From positions 50,024 through 114,023 of the forward strand of contig JAILCI010000024.1 in the NCBI GenBank assembly GCA_024686335.1: a stretch of 64,000 nt of DNA. Reading direction: 5' to 3'. Source of the DNA: Bacteroidales bacterium. GTDB lineage: Bacteria; Bacteroidota; Bacteroidia; Bacteroidales; WCHB1-69. Made by a program: the position numbers and the translations under genes. The notes under the pieces were generated by a model, which made no database searches, had not been told where the DNA came from, and saw only the letters and a program-made list of their open reading frames with translations. Of this stretch, positions 53,140-62,145 are shown piece by piece (position 1 is the stretch's first letter; the number at the start of each line of letters is the position of its first letter).

Positions 53140-53367
53140 TTGATAGCGGCGTTTTTTTGCTGGCTGTCACTGATGTCCGTAGCTTGCGACCCCGCATGTC
53201 ACGATAAGTTTTATTTGAAAAACACGTTGGATACCCCCATCACCTATTCGCAATTCAACACCAAAGACAGCACCCAGCGCAACATAGTCACCATTCAACC
53301 AGGAGAAAGCAAACTGGTTTATGAGTATGTCGGGAGGGATTCGCAATTTGAACCCATGATGGCATAA
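53140..53367 (+). CDS. Small putative lipoprotein, possibly frameshifted at a T-run
   Basis: The TTG start gives (M)IAAFFCWLSLMSVAC. An upstream ATG at 53111 (MRKETIRLLF) is out of frame by one T in the TTTT run 53138-53141. One extra T would give the textbook lipoprotein signal MRKETIRLLFLIAAFFCWLSLMSVAC. Confidence 0.4.
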   Translation: MIAAFFCWLSLMSVACDPACHDKFYLKNTLDTPITYSQFNTKDSTQRNIVTIQPGESKLVYEYVGRDSQFEPMMA

Positions 53368-53789
53368 ACCCCTATCACATCCCGTCCATCCTCGTCTTTC
53401 CCCGACAAATGCTTGTAGAAGTCTTCGTCGGTGAGCGGAGAGAACTGACGGTTTGGACATTCCGCACACTTGAACTTCTTCTTGTTGCAGAGTTGGTGAT
53501 CCCATTCATTGCCGCAAACAGGCTGGTAACCTGCTTTCCCAGTTGTCCGACTGTACCACCTTCGGGCAAAAACATCCTTACGCCCCTTGAACAGACTACG
53601 GAACAGCTCAACCTTTTCCAGAGGCGAGAGTGTCAGCATGGCTGATGGCTCTTGCCTTTTGCCCAAAACAACATTGCTGAGTTTTCCCTTCAGCCTCGCA
53701 TTCTCCTCTTCAAGTTCCCGGACGCGGTTTCTCAACCAATCCCGTTCGGCTATCAGCTCCTGATATGTCGGTTGGCTCATATCGCTCAT
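53319..53789 (-). pseudogene. 5' fragment of a primase-polymerase (AEP)/helicase-type conflict-system gene
   Basis: It has an N-terminal coiled coil. LFRSLFKGRKDVFARRWYSRTTGKAGYQPVCGNEWDHQLCNKKKFKCAECPNRQFSPLTDEDFYKHLSGKDEDGRDVIGVYAI follows. I recognise this as the Cys-rich N-terminal region preceding the AEP catalytic core in ~1000-aa primase/helicase proteins. Homology stops near 53360, and the frame runs into the antisense of the neighbouring lipoprotein ORF. Confidence 0.55.
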
Positions 53790-53792
53790 ATC

Positions 53793-55070
53793 CTAACGTT
53801 TCAGCAGCCAATCAGTGACCGGCACACAGCGTACAGTATATTCACCCACCTGAATATCACGTTGTTCTCCTTGCATCATGACGAGGGTGAGATTTCGGCA
53901 CCGTGTAGCGGCGGCACCTTTCAGAAGGCCGCCGACTTCACGGTTGTAGAGTTTTGTTGAGGGATTGCTGAAATCGTAGGTCACTTGCACCAATTCCGTT
54001 ACGTGTCCTTGGTCCACAACGGCGAAATCCACCTCATAACTGCGGTTCTCTCGCAGATAAAACAGCTCTTGTGTGGCATATTCCATGCGACGAAGCAGCT
54101 CCACGCACACCACATTCTCCAAACGCCATCCCCAGCTGTCGGTTTGAAGGACATCGGAGTGGTCCGTAACGAATGCCGTATCAATTGCATAGACCTTACG
54201 GTGGTTCTGTCGCTCAATGCTCTTGAACGAATAGCGCGGGACCAAGCGCACAAGGTAGGATTTTTCGATATAGTTGACGTAATTCTTGGCCGTGTGAATG
54301 GATCTCAATCGGTAAGTCTCTTGAATATCCTGATAGTTCACCTCTTGGCAAAAACGGTCGAGGAGACCGTTGGCGATTTGCTGCAACGTCTTCTTATAAC
54401 GAATCTTATACCTCTTGCAGATGTCCTTGTTGATGATGGCGTCAAGCAGGGAGCGGACATATTTGCCTTGATTCTTCATGTTGAAGGTTTCGGGCAATCC
54501 TCCCGCCATCAGATAGTTGTCAAGTGCGTGTTGCCGCAAGCCCTCCGCTTTGGTAGTCAGCCCTTGGGTGTCAACATTTTTCGCCACACAATAGTCTTCG
54601 TATGAGAAGGGAAAGAGACGAATTTCGTTGTAACGTCCGGTAATATGGGTGCTCAAGTCGTCGCTCAGCAGATTGGCGTTGCTTCCTGTCAGAATCAGAT
54701 GTAACTTCTGCCGTAACAGTCGGTTGACGAACAACGGCCATTGGTCAATATTCTGCACTTCATCGAGGAAGAGATAGTCGAACTCCCCATAGATTCGATA
54801 AAGGTTCTCCATAAGGAGATTCATCTCTGTGGCTTTCAGGGAAGCCAACACGGCGTCATCGAAGTTGGCGTAGGCAAAAGACACGCCGCTCTCTTTAAGC
54901 ACTTTCTGGCACAAGGTTGACTTTCCGCAACGCCGCACCCCGATAACGATTTGAGCCACAGGGCTGTCCAGTTCCAATTGTGACTCCTCCCTTCGGGTGA
55001 CAAACTGGCTGAAATCGGTGCTTTCCAGTTCCTCCCGTTGGTCGCGCAACACTCTTTCCAATTCATTCAT
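53793..55070 (-). CDS. AAA+ ATPase with C-terminal DUF4143 (PD-(D/E)xK-like) domain
   Basis: 425 aa. Walker A is GVRRCGKST and Walker B is YLFLDEVQ. The C-terminus YEVDFAVVDQGHVTELVQV has a nuclease-like pattern. A minus-strand TAttTTTG box lies at 55094-55101. The stop is 3 nt from the next start. Confidence 0.85.
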   Translation of the reverse strand: MNELERVLRDQREELESTDFSQFVTRREESQLELDSPVAQIVIGVRRCGKSTLCQKVLKESGVSFAYANFDDAVLASLKATEMNLLMENLYRIYGEFDYLFLDEVQNIDQWPLFVNRLLRQKLHLILTGSNANLLSDDLSTHITGRYNEIRLFPFSYEDYCVAKNVDTQGLTTKAEGLRQHALDNYLMAGGLPETFNMKNQGKYVRSLLDAIINKDICKRYKIRYKKTLQQIANGLLDRFCQEVNYQDIQETYRLRSIHTAKNYVNYIEKSYLVRLVPRYSFKSIERQNHRKVYAIDTAFVTDHSDVLQTDSWGWRLENVVCVELLRRMEYATQELFYLRENRSYEVDFAVVDQGHVTELVQVTYDFSNPSTKLYNREVGGLLKGAAATRCRNLTLVMMQGEQRDIQVGEYTVRCVPVTDWLLKR

Positions 55071-55127
55071 AACCGCAATATTTTAATCCGCCGCAAAAAT
55101 ACACTTTTTCAATGAATTACAACTTTT

Positions 55128-55210
55128 AATTGCACTAAACGGTAAATTTTTGATTTTCTAAATTGCACTAAACGGTAAGATTTTGAGGGGATGGATTGCA
55201 GTAAATGCAC
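55128..55210. repeat. Iteron-like direct repeats upstream of the DUF4143 ATPase promoter
   Basis: AATTGCACTAAACGGTAAATTTTTGA at 55128-55153 and AATTGCACTAAACGGTAAGATTTTGA at 55161-55186 have a 33-bp period. A degenerate third copy GATTGCAGTAAATGCAC lies at ~55193-55210. Confidence 0.8.
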
Positions 55211-55295
55211 AGGCAATTTATAGCCTTTTGTTTGGGGTCCGCCAACAGCCAAAGAAAAAAAGCCCGCCAACATACGCTGACAGGCTTGTGTGGGG

Positions 55296-56234
55296 TTAAT
55301 TGTATTTTCTGCTTCCTTCCTGCGAGAAACAGAGCATCCCGACAATAATGAAGTAGGCGCTGCCGATGGTGGCGAGAACTGGAAAATAGGGGATTGCGGC
55401 GTCGGGTAACAACATGGGTACTAATGTTATGGCTAATGCTGGGGCGAAGGGCTTGAAGCGACGGAATAGCAATAACATGATGGTTGTGGAGAGTGCGGCA
55501 CCTATGGCCATTGGCACTCCTAAAGTTCGATGAATGAACCATTCGCTAAGAGTCCCAACAACTGCAGCAGCTACGATAAGTCCCCAAATGGTCCACGGCC
55601 TTTGCCGGAAACCACTGTTTCTGTTCGCGAACTCAATCATCGTGACCACTAATGGCGGTACCATGCAGAAATGTAGCACAGAACCCCAAGACTCAGAGAG
55701 TAATGGTTTTATAAGCGCTATGGTTGCCAATATGACGCCCAAAGCAGCAGCCAGCCCCGTCCAATGCAGAAAACTGGCAGGATGGTACTCGGGACGATCC
55801 GTCTGAGGCAGCCAATGTCTTACCATTACCATCAGCGAGGAAAGAACCAATACAGCAATTGGGTAGATCCAAGAGGTGGTTTCAATCAAAACTGGTAGCA
55901 TGGCGGCAGAAACGGTGGGAAACATATTGCAGTTGCGGAGTCGCAACATTAAAACTACAAGTATGAAAGCCAGTACGAAACGGATTTCAAAAGAGACTGG
56001 TATGCAGATGTTGATGAAGAGTCCGATCAATGCGGCTGCCGTGAGAAGAACCGGAACTTGCCATGCACGTACATTCCATACTGCTTTCTCCATTAGTAGC
56101 AAACCCACACACAAAGCGCCCACTTCAGGGAATATAATCTCCTGTTGTCCAGTGACTTCTGTCACTATGGCCATGACGACCACCAGAAGCACTACCGCGA
56201 TATTTCTCATCAATGACCTATCCGTCTTTTTCAT
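55296..56234 (-). CDS. Polytopic membrane protein, family not recognised
   Basis: The ATG at 56234 gives MKKTDRSLMRNIAVVLLVVVMAIV. About 9 hydrophobic helices. A TAttTTTG box only 4 nt upstream (56238-56245) suggests either a leaderless mRNA or a start at the next Met (56210). A possible terminator lies at 55253-55288. Confidence 0.6.
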   Translation of the reverse strand: MKKTDRSLMRNIAVVLLVVVMAIVTEVTGQQEIIFPEVGALCVGLLLMEKAVWNVRAWQVPVLLTAAALIGLFINICIPVSFEIRFVLAFILVVLMLRLRNCNMFPTVSAAMLPVLIETTSWIYPIAVLVLSSLMVMVRHWLPQTDRPEYHPASFLHWTGLAAALGVILATIALIKPLLSESWGSVLHFCMVPPLVVTMIEFANRNSGFRQRPWTIWGLIVAAAVVGTLSEWFIHRTLGVPMAIGAALSTTIMLLLFRRFKPFAPALAITLVPMLLPDAAIPYFPVLATIGSAYFIIVGMLCFSQEGSRKYN

Positions 56235-56358
56235 GGTGCAAAAATACATAAACATAGTGGTCGATGTGCACATCGACCCTACAAGATTGTCGTTGTTTGT
56301 TGATCCGAAAAAAAAGGCCATCCGAAGATGGCCTGATAATGTATGTTGTAGTGTGTTA

Positions 56359-57234
56359 TCAACCTTTCAAGGCTTCCGCACCGCTCACAATCTCGATCAA
56401 CTCGTTGGTGATAGAAGACTGACGGGCGTTGTTGTACTTGAGTCGCAGGTCGCGGAGAATCTCCGTGGCGTTGTCGGTAGCCTTCGTCATGGAGATCATG
56501 CGGGCGCCGTGCTCTGAGGCGATGGAGTCGCAGAGCGTCTTGTAGAGTTGCGTGCGCATAATCTTCGGGATCAGCTCCTCAAGGACCTCTTGCGGTGAGG
56601 GCTCAATGATGTAGTCGTTGTTGGCAGTGGTGTTCTCTTGTGCCAGATTGGTGATGGGCAGGAATGGCTCTACGGTTACTTTCTGAGTAGCAGCGTTCAG
56701 AAATTGGTTGTAGACAATGTCAACCTTGTCGATTTCGCCCTTCAGGAATCCTTGTGTCAGTTGGTCGCAGATGGCGGACACCTCACTGAATTCAGGTTTG
56801 TCGATCAGTTCCTCGTTGCTCTGCATGACAGGGTAGAGGCGTGAAAGTTGCTCACGACCCTTCTTGCCCAGACAGATCAGCTGCAGATTGCCGGCCTTAT
56901 GCTGTTCGGCATATTTCTCCTCGACAAGGTGGTTGACGGTTTTCACGATGTTGGCGTTGAAGGCACCGCAAAGACCTTTGTTGGAGGTGATAACCACGAT
57001 GACCACCTTTTCAGGAGTGCGCTGCTCGAAGAGCGGCATCTCTTCCATGGAGGCGGTGGCAGTGGAGAGGTCGGCCAGAATCTCATTGAGTTTCTCTGAG
57101 TAGGGACGCAGATACAGGATAGAACTCTGCGCACGTCTCAGCTTCGCAGCGGAGACCAGTTTCATGGAACTGGTGATCTTCTGCGTAGACTCAATGGAGC
57201 TGATACGAGTTCTTATTTCTTTTAGGTTTCCCAT
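56359..57234 (-). CDS. atpG: F-type ATP synthase gamma subunit
   Basis: 291 aa. MGNLKEIRTRISSIESTQKITSSMKLVSAAKLRRAQ...ITNELIEIVSGAEAL. Confidence 0.93.
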   Translation of the reverse strand: MGNLKEIRTRISSIESTQKITSSMKLVSAAKLRRAQSSILYLRPYSEKLNEILADLSTATASMEEMPLFEQRTPEKVVIVVITSNKGLCGAFNANIVKTVNHLVEEKYAEQHKAGNLQLICLGKKGREQLSRLYPVMQSNEELIDKPEFSEVSAICDQLTQGFLKGEIDKVDIVYNQFLNAATQKVTVEPFLPITNLAQENTTANNDYIIEPSPQEVLEELIPKIMRTQLYKTLCDSIASEHGARMISMTKATDNATEILRDLRLKYNNARQSSITNELIEIVSGAEALKG

Positions 57235-57236
57235 AA

Positions 57237-58835
<1,599 letters not shown>

Positions 58836-58844
58836 ATAAGTGTA

Positions 58845-59402
58845 TTAATAATTAACTTGATAGATATTATGTGCAAATTCTTGTTTCAGCTTGTGAATTT
58901 TGGAGATGACACTTGCATCAATGAAGAAATCGTCAACGTTGATGAGGATACCACCAATGATATCGGGATCCACCACTTGTTTGATCTCAATAGTTGACTG
59001 TGTCTTCTCTTCCAGAATGGTGCGGATCTTCGCGATCAGCGTGTCACTGATAGGTTGGGCTGTAGTTATGTTAGCCACTTTGATGTTATGCTCTTTGTTG
59101 TACAGTTTGATGTACTCCTCGCAGATGGACTCGATGGCGGGTTCTCTCTTTTTCTTGAGGATGACATCTAGGAAGGTGAATGAAGTTTCACTTAGGGTGT
59201 TGGAGAAAATCTGGGAGAAAATAGCGTGCTTTTTGGAGGGGACGATGATGGGACTGTCCAGTACAATCTGCAGTTCCCGATTCTCCTTCAAAGTACGGAT
59301 GATCTGTTGCAGTTCATCCTTGACGGCTTCTACCTGGTTTTTCTCGCCAGCGTAGTCATATAAGGCTTTAGCGTATCTGCTTGCTACTTTAGGGTTTTTC
59401 AT
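58845..59402 (-). CDS. atpH: F-type ATP synthase delta (OSCP) subunit
   Basis: 185 aa. VASRYAKALYDYA...IIGGILINVDDFFIDASV. It has its own minus-strand TAtcTTTG box at 59424-59431. Confidence 0.88.
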   Translation of the reverse strand: MKNPKVASRYAKALYDYAGEKNQVEAVKDELQQIIRTLKENRELQIVLDSPIIVPSKKHAIFSQIFSNTLSETSFTFLDVILKKKREPAIESICEEYIKLYNKEHNIKVANITTAQPISDTLIAKIRTILEEKTQSTIEIKQVVDPDIIGGILINVDDFFIDASVISKIHKLKQEFAHNIYQVNY

Positions 59403-59456
59403 TGTCGATTTTTAAAGCGGTCGCAAAGATATAAAAAAGATGTGTACTTTCTACAC

Positions 59457-60011
59457 TTAAAATTTGCGGCTTCCAGGTTTTACAAATGGCTTGCCCTCTT
59501 TGCAGAGCGGGCACTCCTCAGCATCCCAACTTTGGATGTTGAGTTTGGTGGCACTGTAAACGGGGTAGGGCAGAGCATTGGCGCTGCGGTCTACCAGACA
59601 GGCGATACCAATCACTTCAGCTCCGAAAGACTTCAGCACTTCGATGGTCTCCAAAGAGGACTTACCAGTGGTAACGACATCCTCAGTGATGAGCAGACGT
59701 TGTCCTGGTTTTACTTCGAAACCACGACGCAAGGTCATCACATTGTCGACACGCTCGGTAAAGATAGCCGGCTTGCCTAACTGACGTCCCAACTCGTATG
59801 CTACAATGATACCACCCATGGCCGGTCCGACAACCATGTCAATATTGAGGTCTTTCACCTGCTCAGCGATGACTTTGATAACACGCTCGGCACGATCCGG
59901 GTATTGTAATAATTTGGCACATTGACAGTAACGGTCACTATGACGACCGGAAGAGAGCAGAAAATGCCCTTCCAGTAGAGCTTCTGATTGTTTTAATTCA
60001 TCTATTACCAT
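59457..60011 (-). CDS. pyrE: Orotate phosphoribosyltransferase
   Basis: 184 aa. [17 protein letters not shown], the PRPP loop [13 protein letters not shown], and C-terminal [10 protein letters not shown] minus-strand TAtaTTTG box lies at 60034-60041. Confidence 0.88.
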   Translation of the reverse strand: MVIDELKQSEALLEGHFLLSSGRHSDRYCQCAKLLQYPDRAERVIKVIAEQVKDLNIDMVVGPAMGGIIVAYELGRQLGKPAIFTERVDNVMTLRRGFEVKPGQRLLITEDVVTTGKSSLETIEVLKSFGAEVIGIACLVDRSANALPYPVYSATKLNIQSWDAEECPLCKEGKPFVKPGSRKF

Positions 60012-60110
60012 ATTGTATATTTTTAGCAGGCGGCAAATATAATATTTTTTAGATTGTTTGCAAGGGTGTTAGTGTGTTTATTTGTTGAATTGTTTATTTG
60101 TTGAATTGCT

Positions 60111-60380
60111 CCGGGGCAAGCTGCGTCCTGGAGCAAACTGCGTCCCGGAGCGAACTGCGTCCTCGCAGTTCGGGCTTATTAAAATATTAAACTATTAAAC
60201 TATGAAGATATGAGGAGGGATTTGCAGGAATGTCTGTCATTCTTATAGTTTCAGAATTAAATAACTTCATATTAATTGTTGTCTCCGGAGCAAACTGCGT
60301 CCTGGAGCAAACTGCGTCCCCGCAGTTTGGAAGAACGGAGCAAACCGTGTTACTGGAGCAAACTGCGTCCCCGCAGTTTG
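60111..60380. repeat. 17-mer GGAGCAAACTGCGTC tandem/hairpin repeat family (two blocks)
   Basis: Block 1 (60111-60175) has three units ending in the hairpin GAACTGCG-tcct-CGCAGTTC. Block 2 (60285-60380) has units plus two hairpins CAAACTGCG-tccc-CGCAGTTTG. Block 2 lies immediately 3' of the EEP gene on the minus strand. A separate tandem TGTTTATTTGTTGAAT x2 lies at ~60076-60107. Confidence 0.85.
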
Positions 60381-60392
60381 TAAAACCACCCT

Positions 60393-61229
60393 TTAATTTC
60401 TAACAAACATACCCTTCACCGGATAATGGTCGGAGATGAGCCAGCGTCCATATTTGTCTGAGTCGAGGGTTTGGAATACCGTCGGGGTTGCGTTTTTGTA
60501 GAAGATCTGGTCGAGGACGATGTTGTTGGGCGCGTTGCCCCAGCCGTTGAATGTGCCTCTGTGGTCGGTGACAGGTGCATCTTCACGGGCCTCCTTCATG
60601 ATCTTCTTTAGCGGTTTGAAGATGACATTCTCCGTGTTGGAGTTGAAGTCGCCGGTCAAGAAGACGGGAGCCTTCTTATCGGTGACAATCTGCTTGATAC
60701 GCTGAGGGATTAGCTTCAGAGACTCTTCGCGCGCCTTCTCGCCCACATGGTCGAGATGGGTGTTGAAACAGTAGAGGGTCTTGCCACTCTTGCGGTCCTT
60801 GAAGTAACCCCAAGTCACGATACGATGGCAGGCAGCATCCCAGCCACGGGAACATACATCGGGCGTTTCGCTGAGCCAAAAGTCACCATGTTTAAGAACT
60901 TCGTAACGGTCTGAGCGATAGAGGATAGCCATATGCTCGCCCCCTTGCTTGCCATCATCACGACCAACGCCAATGTATTCATAGCCAGGAAGATTCTTGT
61001 GCAGGTAGTCAAGTTGTACAAAGTAAGCCTCTTGAACACACAGGAAATCAGGATTTTCCATTTTTGCCATGTTAACGCAACTGGCTTTGCGGTTGTCCCA
61101 GATATTGTCGCCATCGCCCGGATTGTTGTATCGAATATTGAAAGAGATAACCGTTACGGTATCCTTTTGCGCAAACGTGATACTTGCGCACATCAATAAC
61201 AGAATCGTAGATAAAAGGAATTTTTTCAT
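60393..61229 (-). CDS. Secreted endonuclease/exonuclease/phosphatase (EEP) family protein
   Basis: The ATG at 61229 gives MKKFLLSTILLLMCASITFAQ. Motifs: VISFNIRYNN, LCVQEA, NTHLDH and SDHYPV. The track N-terminal extension (to 61280) runs into a repeat palindrome. Confidence 0.85.
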   Translation of the reverse strand: MKKFLLSTILLLMCASITFAQKDTVTVISFNIRYNNPGDGDNIWDNRKASCVNMAKMENPDFLCVQEAYFVQLDYLHKNLPGYEYIGVGRDDGKQGGEHMAILYRSDRYEVLKHGDFWLSETPDVCSRGWDAACHRIVTWGYFKDRKSGKTLYCFNTHLDHVGEKAREESLKLIPQRIKQIVTDKKAPVFLTGDFNSNTENVIFKPLKKIMKEAREDAPVTDHRGTFNGWGNAPNNIVLDQIFYKNATPTVFQTLDSDKYGRWLISDHYPVKGMFVRN

Positions 61230-61268
61230 ATCAAGAACAAGTTGAGTGGTTGTCTGTTTTTTTTCTGG

Positions 61269-61309
61269 GAGACGTTTCATGAAACGTCTCTACAGAGTGT
61301 TCCCGTGAC
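61269..61309 (+). repeat. Composite intergenic repeat copy with variant palindrome
   Basis: GAGACGTTTCATGAAACGTCTC at 61269-61290 is still a perfect 22-bp palindrome, but the centre has changed from CCATGG to TCATGA on both arms. TACAGAGTGTTCCCGTGAC follows. Confidence 0.9.
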
Positions 61310-61310
61310 T

Positions 61311-61958
61311 CTAATTGGTGAACACATATTGTATAATGTTCGCACCCATCTGGAGAGCTTTGGTACGGGTGGCCTCCGAGTCTTTGTGTACGACGAAGTC
61401 TTCCCAGCCGTCGCCAAGGTCACATTCGTAGGTGAAAAGGAAAACCATTCTTCCTTCGTAGAAGAGTGCGAACGCTTGCGGTGGTTTGTTGTCGTGTTCG
61501 TGAATCTTGGGCAGACCATTGGGGAAGTTGTACTTCTGATGGAAGATAGGGTGGTTGTATGGTAGTTCCACGAGTTCCAGCTCGGGAAATACCTTCTTCA
61601 TCTCGCGGCGGATGTAGGGCGACATGCCGTAGTTGTCGTCGGCATGAAGGAATCCTCCAGCCATCAGGTACATGCGCAGGTTGGCAACTTCTGCATCGCT
61701 GAAGACGATGTTGCCGTGACCGGTCATGTGTACGAAGGGATATTGGAAGATGTCGCTGCTACCGACCTCCACAGTGGCCGGTTTGACATCCAAAGACATG
61801 CCTAAATTCTTGTTGCAGAACGAGATGAGGTTCGGTAATGAGGTCGGGTTGCTATACCAGTCGCCACCGCCATTGTACTTCAACAGCGCAATCTGCTGCG
61901 CGGACCCCGCCATCGCAAATGCGAAAATGATCAATATGGTGCAATATATCTTTTTCAT
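61311..61958 (-). CDS. DUF4159-domain secreted protein
   Basis: 215 aa with a signal peptide. LLKYNGGGDWYSNPTSLPNL, FVHMTGHGNIVFSDAEVANLRMYLMAGGFLHADDNYG and HPIFH. Confidence 0.75.
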   Translation of the reverse strand: MKKIYCTILIIFAFAMAGSAQQIALLKYNGGGDWYSNPTSLPNLISFCNKNLGMSLDVKPATVEVGSSDIFQYPFVHMTGHGNIVFSDAEVANLRMYLMAGGFLHADDNYGMSPYIRREMKKVFPELELVELPYNHPIFHQKYNFPNGLPKIHEHDNKPPQAFALFYEGRMVFLFTYECDLGDGWEDFVVHKDSEATRTKALQMGANIIQYVFTN

Positions 61959-61979
61959 TGTATTCGTTTTATTTTATTG

Positions 61980-62019
61980 GAGACGTTCCATGGAACGTCT
62001 CTACATTGTTCCTCCTCAC
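61980..62019 (+). repeat. Composite intergenic repeat copy
   Basis: GAGACGTTCCATGGAACGTCTC at 61980-62001, followed by TACATTGTTCCTCCTCAC. Confidence 0.9.
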
Positions 62020-62059
62020 AATTCAAGCTTTCTGGCTGTCAGGTTCTTTAGACTCATCT

Positions 62060-62145
62060 GAGACGTGCTATAGCGCGTCTCTACAAAGTGCCCTCACACT
62101 TTAACTGTCAACTGTCAACTATCAACTATCAACTCTCAACTCCCC
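62060..62145 (+). repeat. Composite intergenic repeat copy with replaced palindrome core, plus 8-mer array
   Basis: GAGACG-TGCTATAGCG-CGTCTC at 62060-62081 keeps the outer arms. The inner sequence is different but still self-complementary (GCTATAGC, with a T/G position). TACAAAGTGCCCTCACAC follows at 62082-62099, then CAACTGT/CAACTAT 8-mers to 62145. Confidence 0.9.
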
